From a virus (lineage: Duplodnaviria > Caudoviricetes): a DNA stretch of 40,054 bases. The translations under genes and the position numbers were made by a program. The stretch spans positions 1-40,054 of IMG/VR virus record IMGVR_UViG_3300017700_000644; one strand, given 5' to 3'. Below, one piece after another: positions 7,799 through 17,630 of this stretch; position 1 is the stretch's first letter, and each line of letters starts with the position of its first letter. The notes under the pieces were generated by a model that was not told the origin of the DNA, searched no databases, and saw only the letters and a list, made by a program, of their open reading frames with translations.

Positions 7799-7945
7799 AT
7801 GTCGATCCTGTTCGCCGTTCTCGTCCTGCTAGGCTTCATCGCCATGCTGGTCCACAAGCTGACCGCTCCCCGCCTGCCTGAATGGCCTGCCTGGGCGCTG
7901 TGGACCGTAGCTGCTCTGATCTGGGCCTTGCCAAGCCTCAACTGA
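7799..7945 (+). CDS. Small two-TM membrane protein (48 aa, not in ORF track)
   Basis: AAGGAG RBS; MSILFAVLVLLGFIAMLVHKLTAPRLPEWPAWALWTVAALIWALPSLN. Confidence 0.65.
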   Translation: MSILFAVLVLLGFIAMLVHKLTAPRLPEWPAWALWTVAALIWALPSLN

Positions 7946-8014
7946 TAGGCCAATATCCTCACGCTCTAAGCCCGAGCCAAGGCAATAAGGCTAGATGCAA
8001 CAGGAGACTATCTG

Positions 8015-8455
8015 ATGGCCGGTGTAGGCCGACCTTCAGTCTATACGCCAGAGTTGGCGGACGAGATTTGCACAAGGCTCGCTAACGGGGAATCGTTGCG
8101 GGCTATTTGCAATTCAGAGCGCGATGACTTCATGCCGTCGATTGGCACTATCTTGCGTTGGGTAGGCGAGAACGACGAGTTTCAGCAACAGTACGCGAGA
8201 GCCAGAGAGATTCAGGCTGAGACACACGCGGACGACATCGTAACGATTGCTGACGGCGCTGCGGGTGATGATTCGGTGAAGACCGCTCGCGACAGGCTCA
8301 GGGTCGATGCTCGCAAATGGGTGGCGTCCAAGCTCCTGCCGAAGAAGTACGGCGATAAGCAGACGACCGTTCTGGAAGATGCAAACGGCAACAATCCATT
8401 CATGGCGCTGATGGAGGCGGTGAGCAACAATGGCCGTCCCCGCCCAAGTTCTTGA
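8015..8455 (+). CDS. terS: Terminase small subunit (Sf6 gp1-like)
   Basis: GRPSVYTPELADEICTRLANGESLRAIC...RLRVDARKWVASKLLPKKYGDK. Confidence 0.93.
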   Translation: MAGVGRPSVYTPELADEICTRLANGESLRAICNSERDDFMPSIGTILRWVGENDEFQQQYARAREIQAETHADDIVTIADGAAGDDSVKTARDRLRVDARKWVASKLLPKKYGDKQTTVLEDANGNNPFMALMEAVSNNGRPRPSS

Positions 8456-9977
8456 CTGTTTCACCGACCAGCGTTGGCGGCTGAACAATCTCTACTGGAT
8501 CACGGACAAGGAGGGTAAGCGCGTCAAGTTCCAGATGAACTGGGCGCAGGCCGAGCTTCTGGACGAACTGCATTACCTCAACATCATCCTGAAGGCCCGT
8601 CAGCTAGGGTTCACGACCTTCATCCAGATTTACATGCTGGATATGGCGGTGTTCTACCCGGACACGCGCTGCGGTGTGATTGCGCATACGCTGGACGATG
8701 CGACGGTGATCTTTCGCGACAAGATCAAGTTCCCGTATGACAATCTGCCTGAGCAGATCAAGGCGGCGAACCCGATCAGGAAGAACAACACGACTGAGTT
8801 GGAGCTATCCAACAACAGCGTGATTCGCGTTGGCACGTCGCTTCGTTCGGGGACGCTTCAGTTCCTGCACATCAGCGAGTTCGGGAAGATATGCGCCAAG
8901 ATGCCTCACAAGGCGCGGGAGATCGTGACGGGCGCGCTCAACACGCTCCAGGCTGGACAGATCGCTTTCATCGAAAGCACAGCGGAGGGCCAAGAGGGCA
9001 AGTTCTACGACATGTGCCAGACGGCGCAGTCCCGTAAGCGTCAGGGCGTGACGGACACCGAGTTAGACTGGCGCTTTCACTTCTATTCGTGGTGGCGAGA
9101 GCCTGCTTATGAAATGGACCCCGGCGATGTCGTGATCACGTCAGCCATGCGGACCTATTTCGACAAGCTGATTGAACAGGGCATACCGCTCAATCCACGC
9201 AAGGAAGCATGGTACGCCAAGAAGGCCGAGGTCCAAGGCGCGGACATGAAGCGGGAGTTCCCATCCACGCCGGAAGAGGCTTTCGAGGCCAGCGTGGAGG
9301 GGGCTTACTACGCGGAGCAGATGGCCAAGGCTGACAGTGAGCAGCGGGTGGGTTCGTTCAAGGCTGTGGAGGGCTATCCGGTTCATGCGGTGCATGACAT
9401 CGGCGTGGGCGACCGTCACGCTATTTGGTTCTTCCAGATACTGCCGGGAGAGGTTCGTCATGTGGGCTTCTGGTCATGCAGTGGCGAGGGGATGCCGTTT
9501 ATCGTCCGCTATATGCGCAAGAAGTTGGAGGACATGGGTTGGGTTATGGGCCGCAACTTCATGCCGCATGATGTGCGGGTGAAAGAGTGGGGGACCGGAC
9601 TGACCCGCATTGAGCAGTTCATCAAGGAGTTCAAGGACACCAAGATGGTCCCCATCGGCAATGTCGATGACGGGATCAACGCGGTGCGTGAGGTCCTGGC
9701 TATCAGCACGTTCGATGAGGAAGAGTGCGCGGACGGCCTGAAATGCCTGCGGAACTATCGCAAGGAGTGGGACGAAGACCTTGGGACGTGGAAGGACAAG
9801 CCTCGCCACGATTGGGCCTCTCACGGTGCGGACGCTGAACGCTATCTGGCGATGAGCTACAAGGAATTGCCGGTGGAGACGATTGAGCCGCCCAAGCCCA
9901 TCCTTGGCGTCAAGGACATGACGTGGGACCAGATGATGAAGCGCCAGCCGGTCAACACGGGGTATGAGCGGGCATAG
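8430..9977 (+). CDS. terL: Terminase large subunit
   Basis: Walker A LKARQLGFTT, Walker B LHISEFG, ESTAEG coupling motif, C-terminal nuclease (DIG...HD..SHGADA). Confidence 0.95.
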   Translation: MAVPAQVLDCFTDQRWRLNNLYWITDKEGKRVKFQMNWAQAELLDELHYLNIILKARQLGFTTFIQIYMLDMAVFYPDTRCGVIAHTLDDATVIFRDKIKFPYDNLPEQIKAANPIRKNNTTELELSNNSVIRVGTSLRSGTLQFLHISEFGKICAKMPHKAREIVTGALNTLQAGQIAFIESTAEGQEGKFYDMCQTAQSRKRQGVTDTELDWRFHFYSWWREPAYEMDPGDVVITSAMRTYFDKLIEQGIPLNPRKEAWYAKKAEVQGADMKREFPSTPEEAFEASVEGAYYAEQMAKADSEQRVGSFKAVEGYPVHAVHDIGVGDRHAIWFFQILPGEVRHVGFWSCSGEGMPFIVRYMRKKLEDMGWVMGRNFMPHDVRVKEWGTGLTRIEQFIKEFKDTKMVPIGNVDDGINAVREVLAISTFDEEECADGLKCLRNYRKEWDEDLGTWKDKPRHDWASHGADAERYLAMSYKELPVETIEPPKPILGVKDMTWDQMMKRQPVNTGYERA

Positions 9978-10037
9978 ACGTTCTATCGACAAGCCGAACC
10001 TAGCAAGTTATTGTCCCGCTAACGCTTGCGAGGGGCT

Positions 10038-12149
10038 ATGGCTTCCAAAGAACTGACCACCGAGGCCACGGACGCGAACAAACTCTGCGCGCGTTGGATC
10101 GAGGAAATCGAAGCCGCTGAGAAGGCGTGTGCGTCTTGGTGGCGATCTGGCGACGTGATCATCCGTCGTTACAAGAACGAGGTCAGGAACGGACGGGGCG
10201 GCGCTAACGCCAACGTCAATCCGATCAGGCGTTTTGCTATCCTGTGGTCCAATGTGCAGACGCTGGCTCCTGCGATCTATGCGAAGCGTCCAGTTCCCGA
10301 GGTATCGCGCCGGTTCAATGACCCCGATCCTGTCGGCAAGGTCGCGGCTGACGTTCTGGAAAGGGCGCTGTCCTACAGTCTGGAGTCCTACGACTTCGAC
10401 GGACGGATGCAGCTATGCCGGAACGACTATCTGTTGGCCGGTCGTGGTCAGCTTTGGGCTCGCTATGTCCCGCATATCCGCACAGTCGAGGGCGGGGATG
10501 TAGATAAGGCTGAGGGCGTAGAGGATCAGGACGGCTCGGACGGGTCTGAGCCCGGTGAAGAGGTCGAGTACGAAGAGGCGCTGTGTGATCACGTCGCTTG
10601 GAAGGACTTCCTGACCAACACCACGCGGGAATGGGCTGAAACCCGTTGGGTCAGTCGTCGTGTGTTCATGACGCGGGGCGAACTGAAGAAGCGGTTCGGC
10701 GACAAGATCGGCAACGCTGTTCCGTTGGACGGAGCCGACAAGAAGAACGAGGACGGCGTTGATCGTGATGGGGAGCGAGACGCTTCCAAGAAGGCTCAAG
10801 TCTATGAGATTTGGGACATCACGACCCGCAAGGCCTATTGGGTGTCCAAGAGCTATCCGGTCGAATGCCTTGACGTTCGGGATGATCCGCTGGGGCTGAA
10901 AGGGTTCTTCCCTTGCCCGCCTCCGCTCAATGCGACGGTTGGGCCTGATTCGACCATTCCGGTTCCCGATTACGTCCAGTACCAGGATCAGGCCGAAGAA
11001 CTTGACGACCTGACGCAGCGCATCGGCAAGCTGCAACAGGCTCTGCGGATGGTTGGTGTGTATGCGGGCGACGAGAACGTCACCCTCCAGAACATGTTCA
11101 CGCCGGGGAATGAGAACGCTCTGATCCCGATTGATGCTTACGACCTGTTCAAGGAGAAGGGCGGGATCAAGGGGCTGATCGAGTGGGTTCCCATTGATAT
11201 GGTGATCCAGTGCCTGAAGGGCTGCTATGAGGCCCGCGCCCAGATCATTCAGGACATCTACCAGATCACCGGCCTGTCTGACATCCTGCGGGGTGACTCT
11301 GACCCGAACGAGACGGCGACGGCTCAGGGGATCAAGGCTCAGTGGGGTAGCCTGCGGGTTCGGGATCGTCAGAAGGACGTTCAGCGGTTTGCGCGTGACG
11401 CAATCGAAATCAAGGCTGAAATCATCGCAGAGCATTTCAGCATCAACACGCTGAAGGCGATGACGAACGTAAAGCTCATGACGAATGAGGAAAAGCAGGC
11501 TGCTCAGATGCAGATGCAGAAACAGGCCATGATCTATCAGGGGCAGGCCCAACTTGCACAGGCTCAGGGCCAGCAACCGCCCCCGCCGCCCGAGCCTGAT
11601 CCCGAGATCATGGAACTGCTTGAGCAGCCGTCATGGGAAGACGTGAAGGAACTGCTGGCTAATGACGCCATGCGTTCGTTCCGCATCGACATCGAAACGG
11701 ACTCCACGATTGAGCCTGACGAGACGGCGCAGAAGCAGGCGTTTACGGAGTACGTCGGGTCGATCACGCAACTGATGCAAGTGGCATCCACGATCCTGCC
11801 CGCCGCGCCTTATGTCGCTCCGCTGTTTGCGGAAATCTTCAAGCAGTCGGCGCGGGTGTTCAAGGTGTCCCGGACGTTGGAAGACACGATTGACAAGGTG
11901 TTTGAGACTGCCGAGGCCCAACCGCCTGCTCAACCTGCTGGACCGCCAGCACCGCCGCCTGTTGATCCTACGGTGCTGCAAGCCGAACAGATCAAGGGGC
12001 AGACGGCTATGGTAGAGGCTCAGAACGAGCAGGCCCGGACGCAGATGGATGGCGAGATCGCCAAGATTGATGCGGCGGTGAAGATTCAGGAACTTGATGT
12101 GAAGCGCGAAGCCCTCGCGCGTGACCCAACCCCACAAGGATCAGCATAA
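10038..12149 (+). CDS. Portal protein (P22-like)
   Basis: About 700 aa, directly after terL; ETATAQGIKAQWGS motif; Q/P-rich C-terminal coiled coil. Confidence 0.88.
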   Translation: MASKELTTEATDANKLCARWIEEIEAAEKACASWWRSGDVIIRRYKNEVRNGRGGANANVNPIRRFAILWSNVQTLAPAIYAKRPVPEVSRRFNDPDPVGKVAADVLERALSYSLESYDFDGRMQLCRNDYLLAGRGQLWARYVPHIRTVEGGDVDKAEGVEDQDGSDGSEPGEEVEYEEALCDHVAWKDFLTNTTREWAETRWVSRRVFMTRGELKKRFGDKIGNAVPLDGADKKNEDGVDRDGERDASKKAQVYEIWDITTRKAYWVSKSYPVECLDVRDDPLGLKGFFPCPPPLNATVGPDSTIPVPDYVQYQDQAEELDDLTQRIGKLQQALRMVGVYAGDENVTLQNMFTPGNENALIPIDAYDLFKEKGGIKGLIEWVPIDMVIQCLKGCYEARAQIIQDIYQITGLSDILRGDSDPNETATAQGIKAQWGSLRVRDRQKDVQRFARDAIEIKAEIIAEHFSINTLKAMTNVKLMTNEEKQAAQMQMQKQAMIYQGQAQLAQAQGQQPPPPPEPDPEIMELLEQPSWEDVKELLANDAMRSFRIDIETDSTIEPDETAQKQAFTEYVGSITQLMQVASTILPAAPYVAPLFAEIFKQSARVFKVSRTLEDTIDKVFETAEAQPPAQPAGPPAPPPVDPTVLQAEQIKGQTAMVEAQNEQARTQMDGEIAKIDAAVKIQELDVKREALARDPTPQGSA

Positions 12150-12556
12150 TGGCCGGTGAAACTCTCAACGAAATCCAGTATCTCGCGGCGCAGCGGACGA
12201 TTGCCAACGGGACGACCGTTCCGACCACGGCAAGCCGTATTCCGTCCAGTGCGGCGACGGTAAACGCGACCAGCGCCAAGGCGACGGCGGGGAGCCTGTT
12301 TGGCGTCAATGGCTACAACTCGTCGGCTACTGTCACCTATCTGAAGTTCTACAACAAGGCGACGGCTCCGACCGTGGGGACAGACGTTCCAGTCCTGACG
12401 CTGGCCATCCCGGCGTCGGCGGTGTTCGCTTACGCCTTCAGCGGCTTCGCATTCGCGACGGGCATTGGCTACGGCCTGACCACCGACGCGGCGGACGCGG
12501 GGACCACAGCGGTTGCGGCTGGAGCAATCCTTGGCCTGAACGTGGTGTATGCCTAG
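12149..12556 (+). CDS. Putative virion structural protein (beta-rich)
   Basis: Ala/Thr-rich; YLKFYNKATAPTVGTDVP motif; located in the head module. Confidence 0.6.
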   Translation: MAGETLNEIQYLAAQRTIANGTTVPTTASRIPSSAATVNATSAKATAGSLFGVNGYNSSATVTYLKFYNKATAPTVGTDVPVLTLAIPASAVFAYAFSGFAFATGIGYGLTTDAADAGTTAVAAGAILGLNVVYA

Positions 12557-12884
12557 AGCGACATATCGCAAGTGCAAGTCGTGCGGCGACATCCACTCTA
12601 CGTCTGAGTGGCCGTCTGCCTGCATGGAGCAGTTCCGCAGAGCCCGGTCTGATCTGCCTATGCCAGCGATCCGCGCTGACGGCATGGACCCGACCATGAA
12701 CCACGCGAACGGCCTGCTCTACGATTCCAGGTCAGCCTATGAGCGCGCCGTAAAGGATGCGGGCTGCGTCATCGTCGGCAATGACACGATGGACGCACCG
12801 AGAGAACCAACCCCCGATGTTCGGGACATGAAGCAGGACATCAAAACAGCAATCGAGCAAGTGGAGGCAGGCTATGTTGGATAA
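12549..12884 (+). CDS. Hypothetical head-module protein (Zn-ribbon-like N-terminus)
   Basis: CKSC..H motif; DSRSAYER...GCVIVGND; lies between portal and scaffold. Confidence 0.65.
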   Translation: MPRATYRKCKSCGDIHSTSEWPSACMEQFRRARSDLPMPAIRADGMDPTMNHANGLLYDSRSAYERAVKDAGCVIVGNDTMDAPREPTPDVRDMKQDIKTAIEQVEAGYVG

Positions 12885-13869
12885 CGTGGAAGACGATATT
12901 GCGGGCGACATCCGCAAGGCGCTGGCGGGCGATGAGCCTGCGGAAACGGTAGTCGATCCGGTTCTCGAAGAGCCGGTAGAACTTCCCGAGGAACAGGAAG
13001 AAAAGACTTCTGAGGGTCGCGAGCGCGGTCCTGACGGGAAGTTTGTTGCCAAGCCTGCGGAAACGGCGCAAGATACTACCGAACAGCAAGCCGCTACGGA
13101 AACTCCGCAAGAGTCCATCCGACCCCCGGCAAGCTGGTCAGCGGCTGCGAAAGCCAAGTTCGCGACGCTTGATCCCGATGTTCAGAGAGAGGTTCTGAAG
13201 CGGGAGCAGGATGTTGAGAAGGGTTTCCGTGATCGCGCGAACGAACTGAAGCGGTATCAGCCGTTAGAGGATATTCTAGCCCCCCGGCGCGCTCTATGGG
13301 CTGCGCAGGGTCTGGACGAAACTCAGGCGATCAAGACGCTTCTGGCGGCGCAAGACTTGCTGGAGAAGAACCCTCAACAGGGTTTGGAGTTTCTGGCGAA
13401 GTCCTACGGCGTCTCTCTGGCCCAGCCCCAAGGACAGCCTGATACGGCTCAGCCTCAAGGGAACAGCCCTCAATACGATCAACTGCTGGCAAAGTTCAGC
13501 CAGCTTGAGCAACGATTGCAGGAAGCCCAATCGGCCCCTGTGGTCTCTCAGGTCGAATCGTTCTTCTCTGATCCGAAGAACCTGTATGCCGAGAATGTCC
13601 GTCAAGATATGGCGGTGCTTCTGCGGGAAGGCAGGGCCAAGGATTTGCCGGAAGCCTACGAGATGGCCTGTTGGATGCGCCCGGACATTCGCCCCCTGTT
13701 GCAGACGCCTCAGGTGACGAAGGACCCGGCTCAGGTTGCGAGAGCGAAGGCTGCGGCGGTGTCAGTGACGGGTTCTCCGGCTCAACCGAGGACGCCCGCG
13801 ACCAACGCTAATTCATCAATTGAGGATGACATCCGGGCTTCCCTCGCGGAGCTTTCGGGTCAGGCCTAG
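12874..13869 (+). CDS. Capsid scaffolding protein
   Basis: Acidic N-terminus, RGPDGKF, PPASWS, coiled coil; directly upstream of the MCP. Confidence 0.8.
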   Translation: MLDNVEDDIAGDIRKALAGDEPAETVVDPVLEEPVELPEEQEEKTSEGRERGPDGKFVAKPAETAQDTTEQQAATETPQESIRPPASWSAAAKAKFATLDPDVQREVLKREQDVEKGFRDRANELKRYQPLEDILAPRRALWAAQGLDETQAIKTLLAAQDLLEKNPQQGLEFLAKSYGVSLAQPQGQPDTAQPQGNSPQYDQLLAKFSQLEQRLQEAQSAPVVSQVESFFSDPKNLYAENVRQDMAVLLREGRAKDLPEAYEMACWMRPDIRPLLQTPQVTKDPAQVARAKAAAVSVTGSPAQPRTPATNANSSIEDDIRASLAELSGQA

Positions 13870-13880
13870 GGGACTAAAAA

Positions 13881-14885
13881 ATGGCATCGCCGAATCTGAG
13901 TGAACTGGTCACGACTACCCTGCGTTCGCGCACGGGCAAGCTGGCTGACAACATGACCAAGAACATTGCCCTCTTGAACCGCATGAACAAGCGCGGGACC
14001 ATCAAGAAAGTCGATGGCGGTCGGACCATCGTGCAGGAACTGGCATACGCCGAGAACGTCACTTACCAACGTTACTCGGGCTACGAAGTCCTGAACATCT
14101 CGCCCAGCGACGTGTTCACGGCTGCTGAGTTCGACTGGAAGCAAGCTGCCGTCAACGTGACGATTTCGGGCCTTGAAGGCTCGGTGATCAACACCGGCAC
14201 GGAAGCGATCATCGACCTGTTGGCTTCGCGCATCCAGAATGCCGAAGACACGATGAAGAACAACCTGTGGCTGGACATGTATTCCAACGGGACGGCCTCG
14301 GGCGGGAAGCAGATCGGCGGTCTGCAACTGCTTGTGGCGGATGACCCGACCACCGGCACTGTCGGCGGCATCAACCGTGCGACGTGGAACTTCTGGCGCA
14401 ACCAGAAATTCCAAGCGTCCACGGACGGCGGTTCGGCTGCCTCGGCTGCCAACATCCAACGCTTCATGAACTCGCTGTATTTCAAGCTGGTTCGCGGCAC
14501 GGATCGTCCTGACCTGATTCTGGCGGATACCAACTACTACGGTTTCTACCTGAGCAGCCTTCAGGCCATTCAGCGCATCACCTCGGACGAAATGGCTTCG
14601 GCGGGCTTTACCTCGCTGAAATACATGGACGCCGACGTGGTTCTGGACGGCTTCGGTTCGGGCGCGGCTGGCGTGGCTGGTTCGTCTGCGGGCGGTTGCC
14701 CGACCAACCACATGTATATGCTTGACACCAAGTATATCCATTGGCGTCCGCACTCGAACCGCAACATCGTCCCGCTTGAGTCGGTCAACTCGATCAACCA
14801 GGATGCGACGGTGAAGCCTATCGTGTGGGCTGGCAACATGACCCTCTCGAACGCCTTCCTGCAAGGCGTCCTCTTCCAAGACTAA
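13881..14885 (+). CDS. Major capsid protein
   Basis: 334 aa after the scaffold; LADNMTKNIALL, GGRTIVQEL, YGGINRATW-like motif; strong codon bias. Confidence 0.9.
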   Translation: MASPNLSELVTTTLRSRTGKLADNMTKNIALLNRMNKRGTIKKVDGGRTIVQELAYAENVTYQRYSGYEVLNISPSDVFTAAEFDWKQAAVNVTISGLEGSVINTGTEAIIDLLASRIQNAEDTMKNNLWLDMYSNGTASGGKQIGGLQLLVADDPTTGTVGGINRATWNFWRNQKFQASTDGGSAASAANIQRFMNSLYFKLVRGTDRPDLILADTNYYGFYLSSLQAIQRITSDEMASAGFTSLKYMDADVVLDGFGSGAAGVAGSSAGGCPTNHMYMLDTKYIHWRPHSNRNIVPLESVNSINQDATVKPIVWAGNMTLSNAFLQGVLFQD

Positions 14886-14906
14886 GCCCCCGAAAGGAGC
14901 AAAGAC

Positions 14907-15194
14907 ATGGCATCGACTGCCGCAACGGTCTTCTCGACCACTCCGACTGCGGGGATTGATCTGGACGCGAAATCGTCCACCCCGGCCTTTGCGCTCAACA
15001 CTCGCATCAATGCGAACGACGGGCGCAGCCACTTGTACGTCCGTGCTTCCGAGGCTTTGGCCTCTACGGCAACCATCCTGATCGGCACTGGCGGCTCTGC
15101 GTCGTCGGATTCTGGTTCGGCTGGCTGGACGGTCAACACCACGGGCGGCGTTACCGCTTCGCAGTACTTTTGGGCGAAGAAAACCGCGCTGTAA
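14907..15194 (+). CDS. Capsid decoration/cement protein
   Basis: Small Ala/Thr/Ser-rich ORF after the MCP with AAGGAG RBS, followed by a terminator. Confidence 0.7.
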   Translation: MASTAATVFSTTPTAGIDLDAKSSTPAFALNTRINANDGRSHLYVRASEALASTATILIGTGGSASSDSGSAGWTVNTTGGVTASQYFWAKKTAL

Positions 15195-15241
15195 GCGTCT
15201 GTCCCTTTCCCTAGCCTCCACTGGGGCTTGGTGATAGCTTA

Positions 15242-15278
15242 GCGGCTCCTGACTTCGGTTGGGGGCCGTTTTGCTTTT
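15242..15278 (+). terminator. Rho-independent terminator
   Basis: GCGGCTCCTGAC-TTCG-GTTGGGGGCCGT stem-loop followed by TTTGCTTTT. Confidence 0.85.
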
Positions 15279-15288
15279 GGAGGGAAGC

Positions 15289-15513
15289 GTGAAGCGAACA
15301 TTAAGCCAGCGTAACTGCCGCAAGAAGGGCCGCTATCCGACTGAAGCGCGCGCCCGCATCCTTGGAGCCTACAAGGCGACATCCGGCGTTCCTCTGTGGC
15401 CCTATGTCTGCCCTGAATGCGGGCATTGGCATCTGACCAAACAACAAGGCAGCACAGCGAAAGAGCCAGCGATCATGCCGGGAAACTCGGGTATCTTTGG
15501 AGCGGCCACATGA
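15289..15513 (+). CDS. Small Zn-ribbon protein
   Basis: CRKKGRY...YVCPECGHWHLT; GGAGGG RBS before the GTG. Confidence 0.65.
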   Translation: MKRTLSQRNCRKKGRYPTEARARILGAYKATSGVPLWPYVCPECGHWHLTKQQGSTAKEPAIMPGNSGIFGAAT

Positions 15514-16940
15514 TCCACGTTGTCAGCGTCCGCGTCGGGACGAAATACGGCCCTGAGTACGTCGAACGCCTTCATGACGGCATTGCCCGCCATCTGGACG
15601 AGGAACAACGCCATTGGTGCCTGACGGACGATCCTGACAGCCTTCCCGAAGGCATCGCGGCCATTCCGCACAATCCCGATCTGCCGGGTTGGTGGCAGAA
15701 GGTGTTTCTGTTCTCGCCTGATATGCCGTGGCGGGGCGGCGACAAGATTCTGTATATGGACCTAGACGTATGCGTGACGGGACGGCTTGAGGAGCTTCCG
15801 CTAGGCATCATCAAGGACTGGCATTGGCCGACATATAACAGCAGCGTCATGCATTGGATGCACGGCCAACACGCGGCGATATGGGACCGGTTCGGACCCG
15901 AGATAATCGACCGTCCAACTGACATTCTGCATGGCCTCTTGCCTGCCGGTCAGGTCAACGGCGGGGACCAGGAATGGATCAGCCATGTAAGCGCATGGGA
16001 GCCATTTCCGGCTGAATGGTTCGTCTCCTACCGCAGCGCCGTTGCATGGCCTCCTGATACGTCAAAAGCGGTCGTGTTCCACGGCGAGCCCAAGCCCCAT
16101 GACGTGACGGAGGGATGGGTTCCGGGCGTGTGGAGGGTCGGCGGCTTCACGGCCATGCCAGAACTTAAGGGAATGAACGTCTCCCATGAGTTCGCCTACA
16201 ACAACGTCCGCGCCAATGTCCTGCGGGATGTTCCGTGGTTCTCGGGCTTCGGAGAGCAGGACAAGCCGTGCGTCATCGTCGGCGGCGGTCCCTCGCTTTC
16301 GGACAGTGTGCGGGCAATCCGCGACTGGAAACGCAAGGGCGCGAAGATCATCACCGTGAACAACGCCTTGCGGTTTCTCATGGCGAAGGGGATCAGGCCT
16401 GACGCCCATGTGATGTTGGATGCGCGGGAAGAAAACCTGTCTATGGTCGAGGATGCGCCTAAAGATGTGCGCTACTTCATCGCTTCTCAGGTTCATCCGT
16501 GCGTGTTTGACGCTCTTTCGGGGCATGATGTTGTTCTGTGGCACAACGGCATGGGTTCGGGGGACGAACTGAGGGAGATAATCGACCCGTGGTTTGATGA
16601 AGGGCCGAACCAGAGGCCGTGCGTCTTTGTTCCTGGTGGCGGGACCGTGGGGCTCAGGGCCATCAATCTGGCTTGGCTGTCGGGGTACAGGAAGATTCAC
16701 CTGTATGGGTTCGACAGTTCGTATTCAGAGGGTCAACATCACGCCTATCCGCAGGGCCTGAACGACGGCGAGGCCACCATGTTGGTGACGATAGCCGGAA
16801 AGACCTACACTTGCGCCCGGTGGATGATCAGGCAGGCGATGGAGTTCCAGCAGCAGTTTTTGTATCTGCGGGACCACGGCGTTAAGGTGGTGGCTCACGG
16901 TAAGGGATTGATACCGGATATGGGGAGACTGTTGCGGTGA
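15510..16940 (+). CDS. Two-domain glycosyltransferase: N-terminal GT-A plus C-terminal Maf/DUF115 (MptE-like, sialyltransferase-like) domain
   Basis: GTKYGPEYVERL, GWWQKV.LF, YMDLDV (DxD), NSSVM, GDQEWI, VFHGEPKP; then CVIVGGGPSL, PDAHVMLD, GGTVGLRAINLA..SGYRKIHLYGFDS. Confidence 0.82.
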   Translation: MIHVVSVRVGTKYGPEYVERLHDGIARHLDEEQRHWCLTDDPDSLPEGIAAIPHNPDLPGWWQKVFLFSPDMPWRGGDKILYMDLDVCVTGRLEELPLGIIKDWHWPTYNSSVMHWMHGQHAAIWDRFGPEIIDRPTDILHGLLPAGQVNGGDQEWISHVSAWEPFPAEWFVSYRSAVAWPPDTSKAVVFHGEPKPHDVTEGWVPGVWRVGGFTAMPELKGMNVSHEFAYNNVRANVLRDVPWFSGFGEQDKPCVIVGGGPSLSDSVRAIRDWKRKGAKIITVNNALRFLMAKGIRPDAHVMLDAREENLSMVEDAPKDVRYFIASQVHPCVFDALSGHDVVLWHNGMGSGDELREIIDPWFDEGPNQRPCVFVPGGGTVGLRAINLAWLSGYRKIHLYGFDSSYSEGQHHAYPQGLNDGEATMLVTIAGKTYTCARWMIRQAMEFQQQFLYLRDHGVKVVAHGKGLIPDMGRLLR

Positions 16941-17521
16941 GGGCTTTTGACGGGCTTTGGTGGCCTGACGCGGACGTTAGGGCTAGGCCAGCAATAGTCG
17001 CACAGTGCGCGGAAGCCCTTCCCCTTGTTCTTCCGCTGGTCGAGGAAAAACGGGTCTGCGTTCAGGCGGGCGGCAATGTCGGCGTTTACCCGATGGCGCT
17101 TGCGGCGTTTTTTGACCGCGTGATTACCTTTGAGCCAGACGCGGAAAACCTTGCTTGTCTTTCCAAGAACGCGACTCAAGGATCAATCGCCATATTCAAG
17201 GCCGCGCTTGGAGCGACGGCGGGGACGTGTTCGGTTCAGGTAGTTGAACCCGATAACTGCGGGGCGCACAAGACGGTTCCGAGTGGTCCCATTCCTGTGA
17301 TGACGATTGATGGCCTGTCGCTGGATCAGTGCGATTTGATCTGGTTGGACATTGAGGGGGCCGAAGCTGATGCGATTGAGGGCGCGAGGGCGACAATTGC
17401 AAGGTTCTCGCCTATCATCGTGTTGGAAGAAAAGGGGTTGGGGTCTGTCGCTGATCTGCCGGGTTATCAGCGGGTCACACGCATTGGAAACGACACTGTT
17501 TACATGAGGAGCCCATCATGA
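16937..17521 (+). CDS. FkbM-family SAM-dependent methyltransferase
   Basis: VQAGGNVGVY, TFEPD, LIWLDIEGAE. Confidence 0.88.
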   Translation: MRAFDGLWWPDADVRARPAIVAQCAEALPLVLPLVEEKRVCVQAGGNVGVYPMALAAFFDRVITFEPDAENLACLSKNATQGSIAIFKAALGATAGTCSVQVVEPDNCGAHKTVPSGPIPVMTIDGLSLDQCDLIWLDIEGAEADAIEGARATIARFSPIIVLEEKGLGSVADLPGYQRVTRIGNDTVYMRSPS

Positions 17522-17601
17522 TCGTTGCCGTTATTATCGCCGCCGTCCTGTGGTTTGCCTTCGTCAGCGGCGTTGGCATCTACATGGACCGCAACCCGTA
17601 A
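17518..17601 (+). CDS. Single-TM micropeptide (27 aa, not in ORF track)
   Basis: GAGGAG RBS, ATGA overlap; MIVAVIIAAVLWFAFVSGVGIYMDRNP. Confidence 0.55.
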   Translation: MIVAVIIAAVLWFAFVSGVGIYMDRNP

Positions 17602-17630
17602 CCGCGCTATAGTCAAGATTGGAGGGTCTG

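Noticed and set aside
15195-15241. Possible tRNA or structured RNA after the capsid decoration gene
   Set aside because: Only a weak hairpin precedes the terminator. No cloverleaf or T-loop consensus was found here or elsewhere by eye.
13866-15323. Long antisense ORFs (485 aa here; also 10413-11576, 24324-25406, 25494-26432, 28375-29523)
   Set aside because: These are shadows of strongly codon-biased, GC-rich sense genes, with no motifs or RBS.
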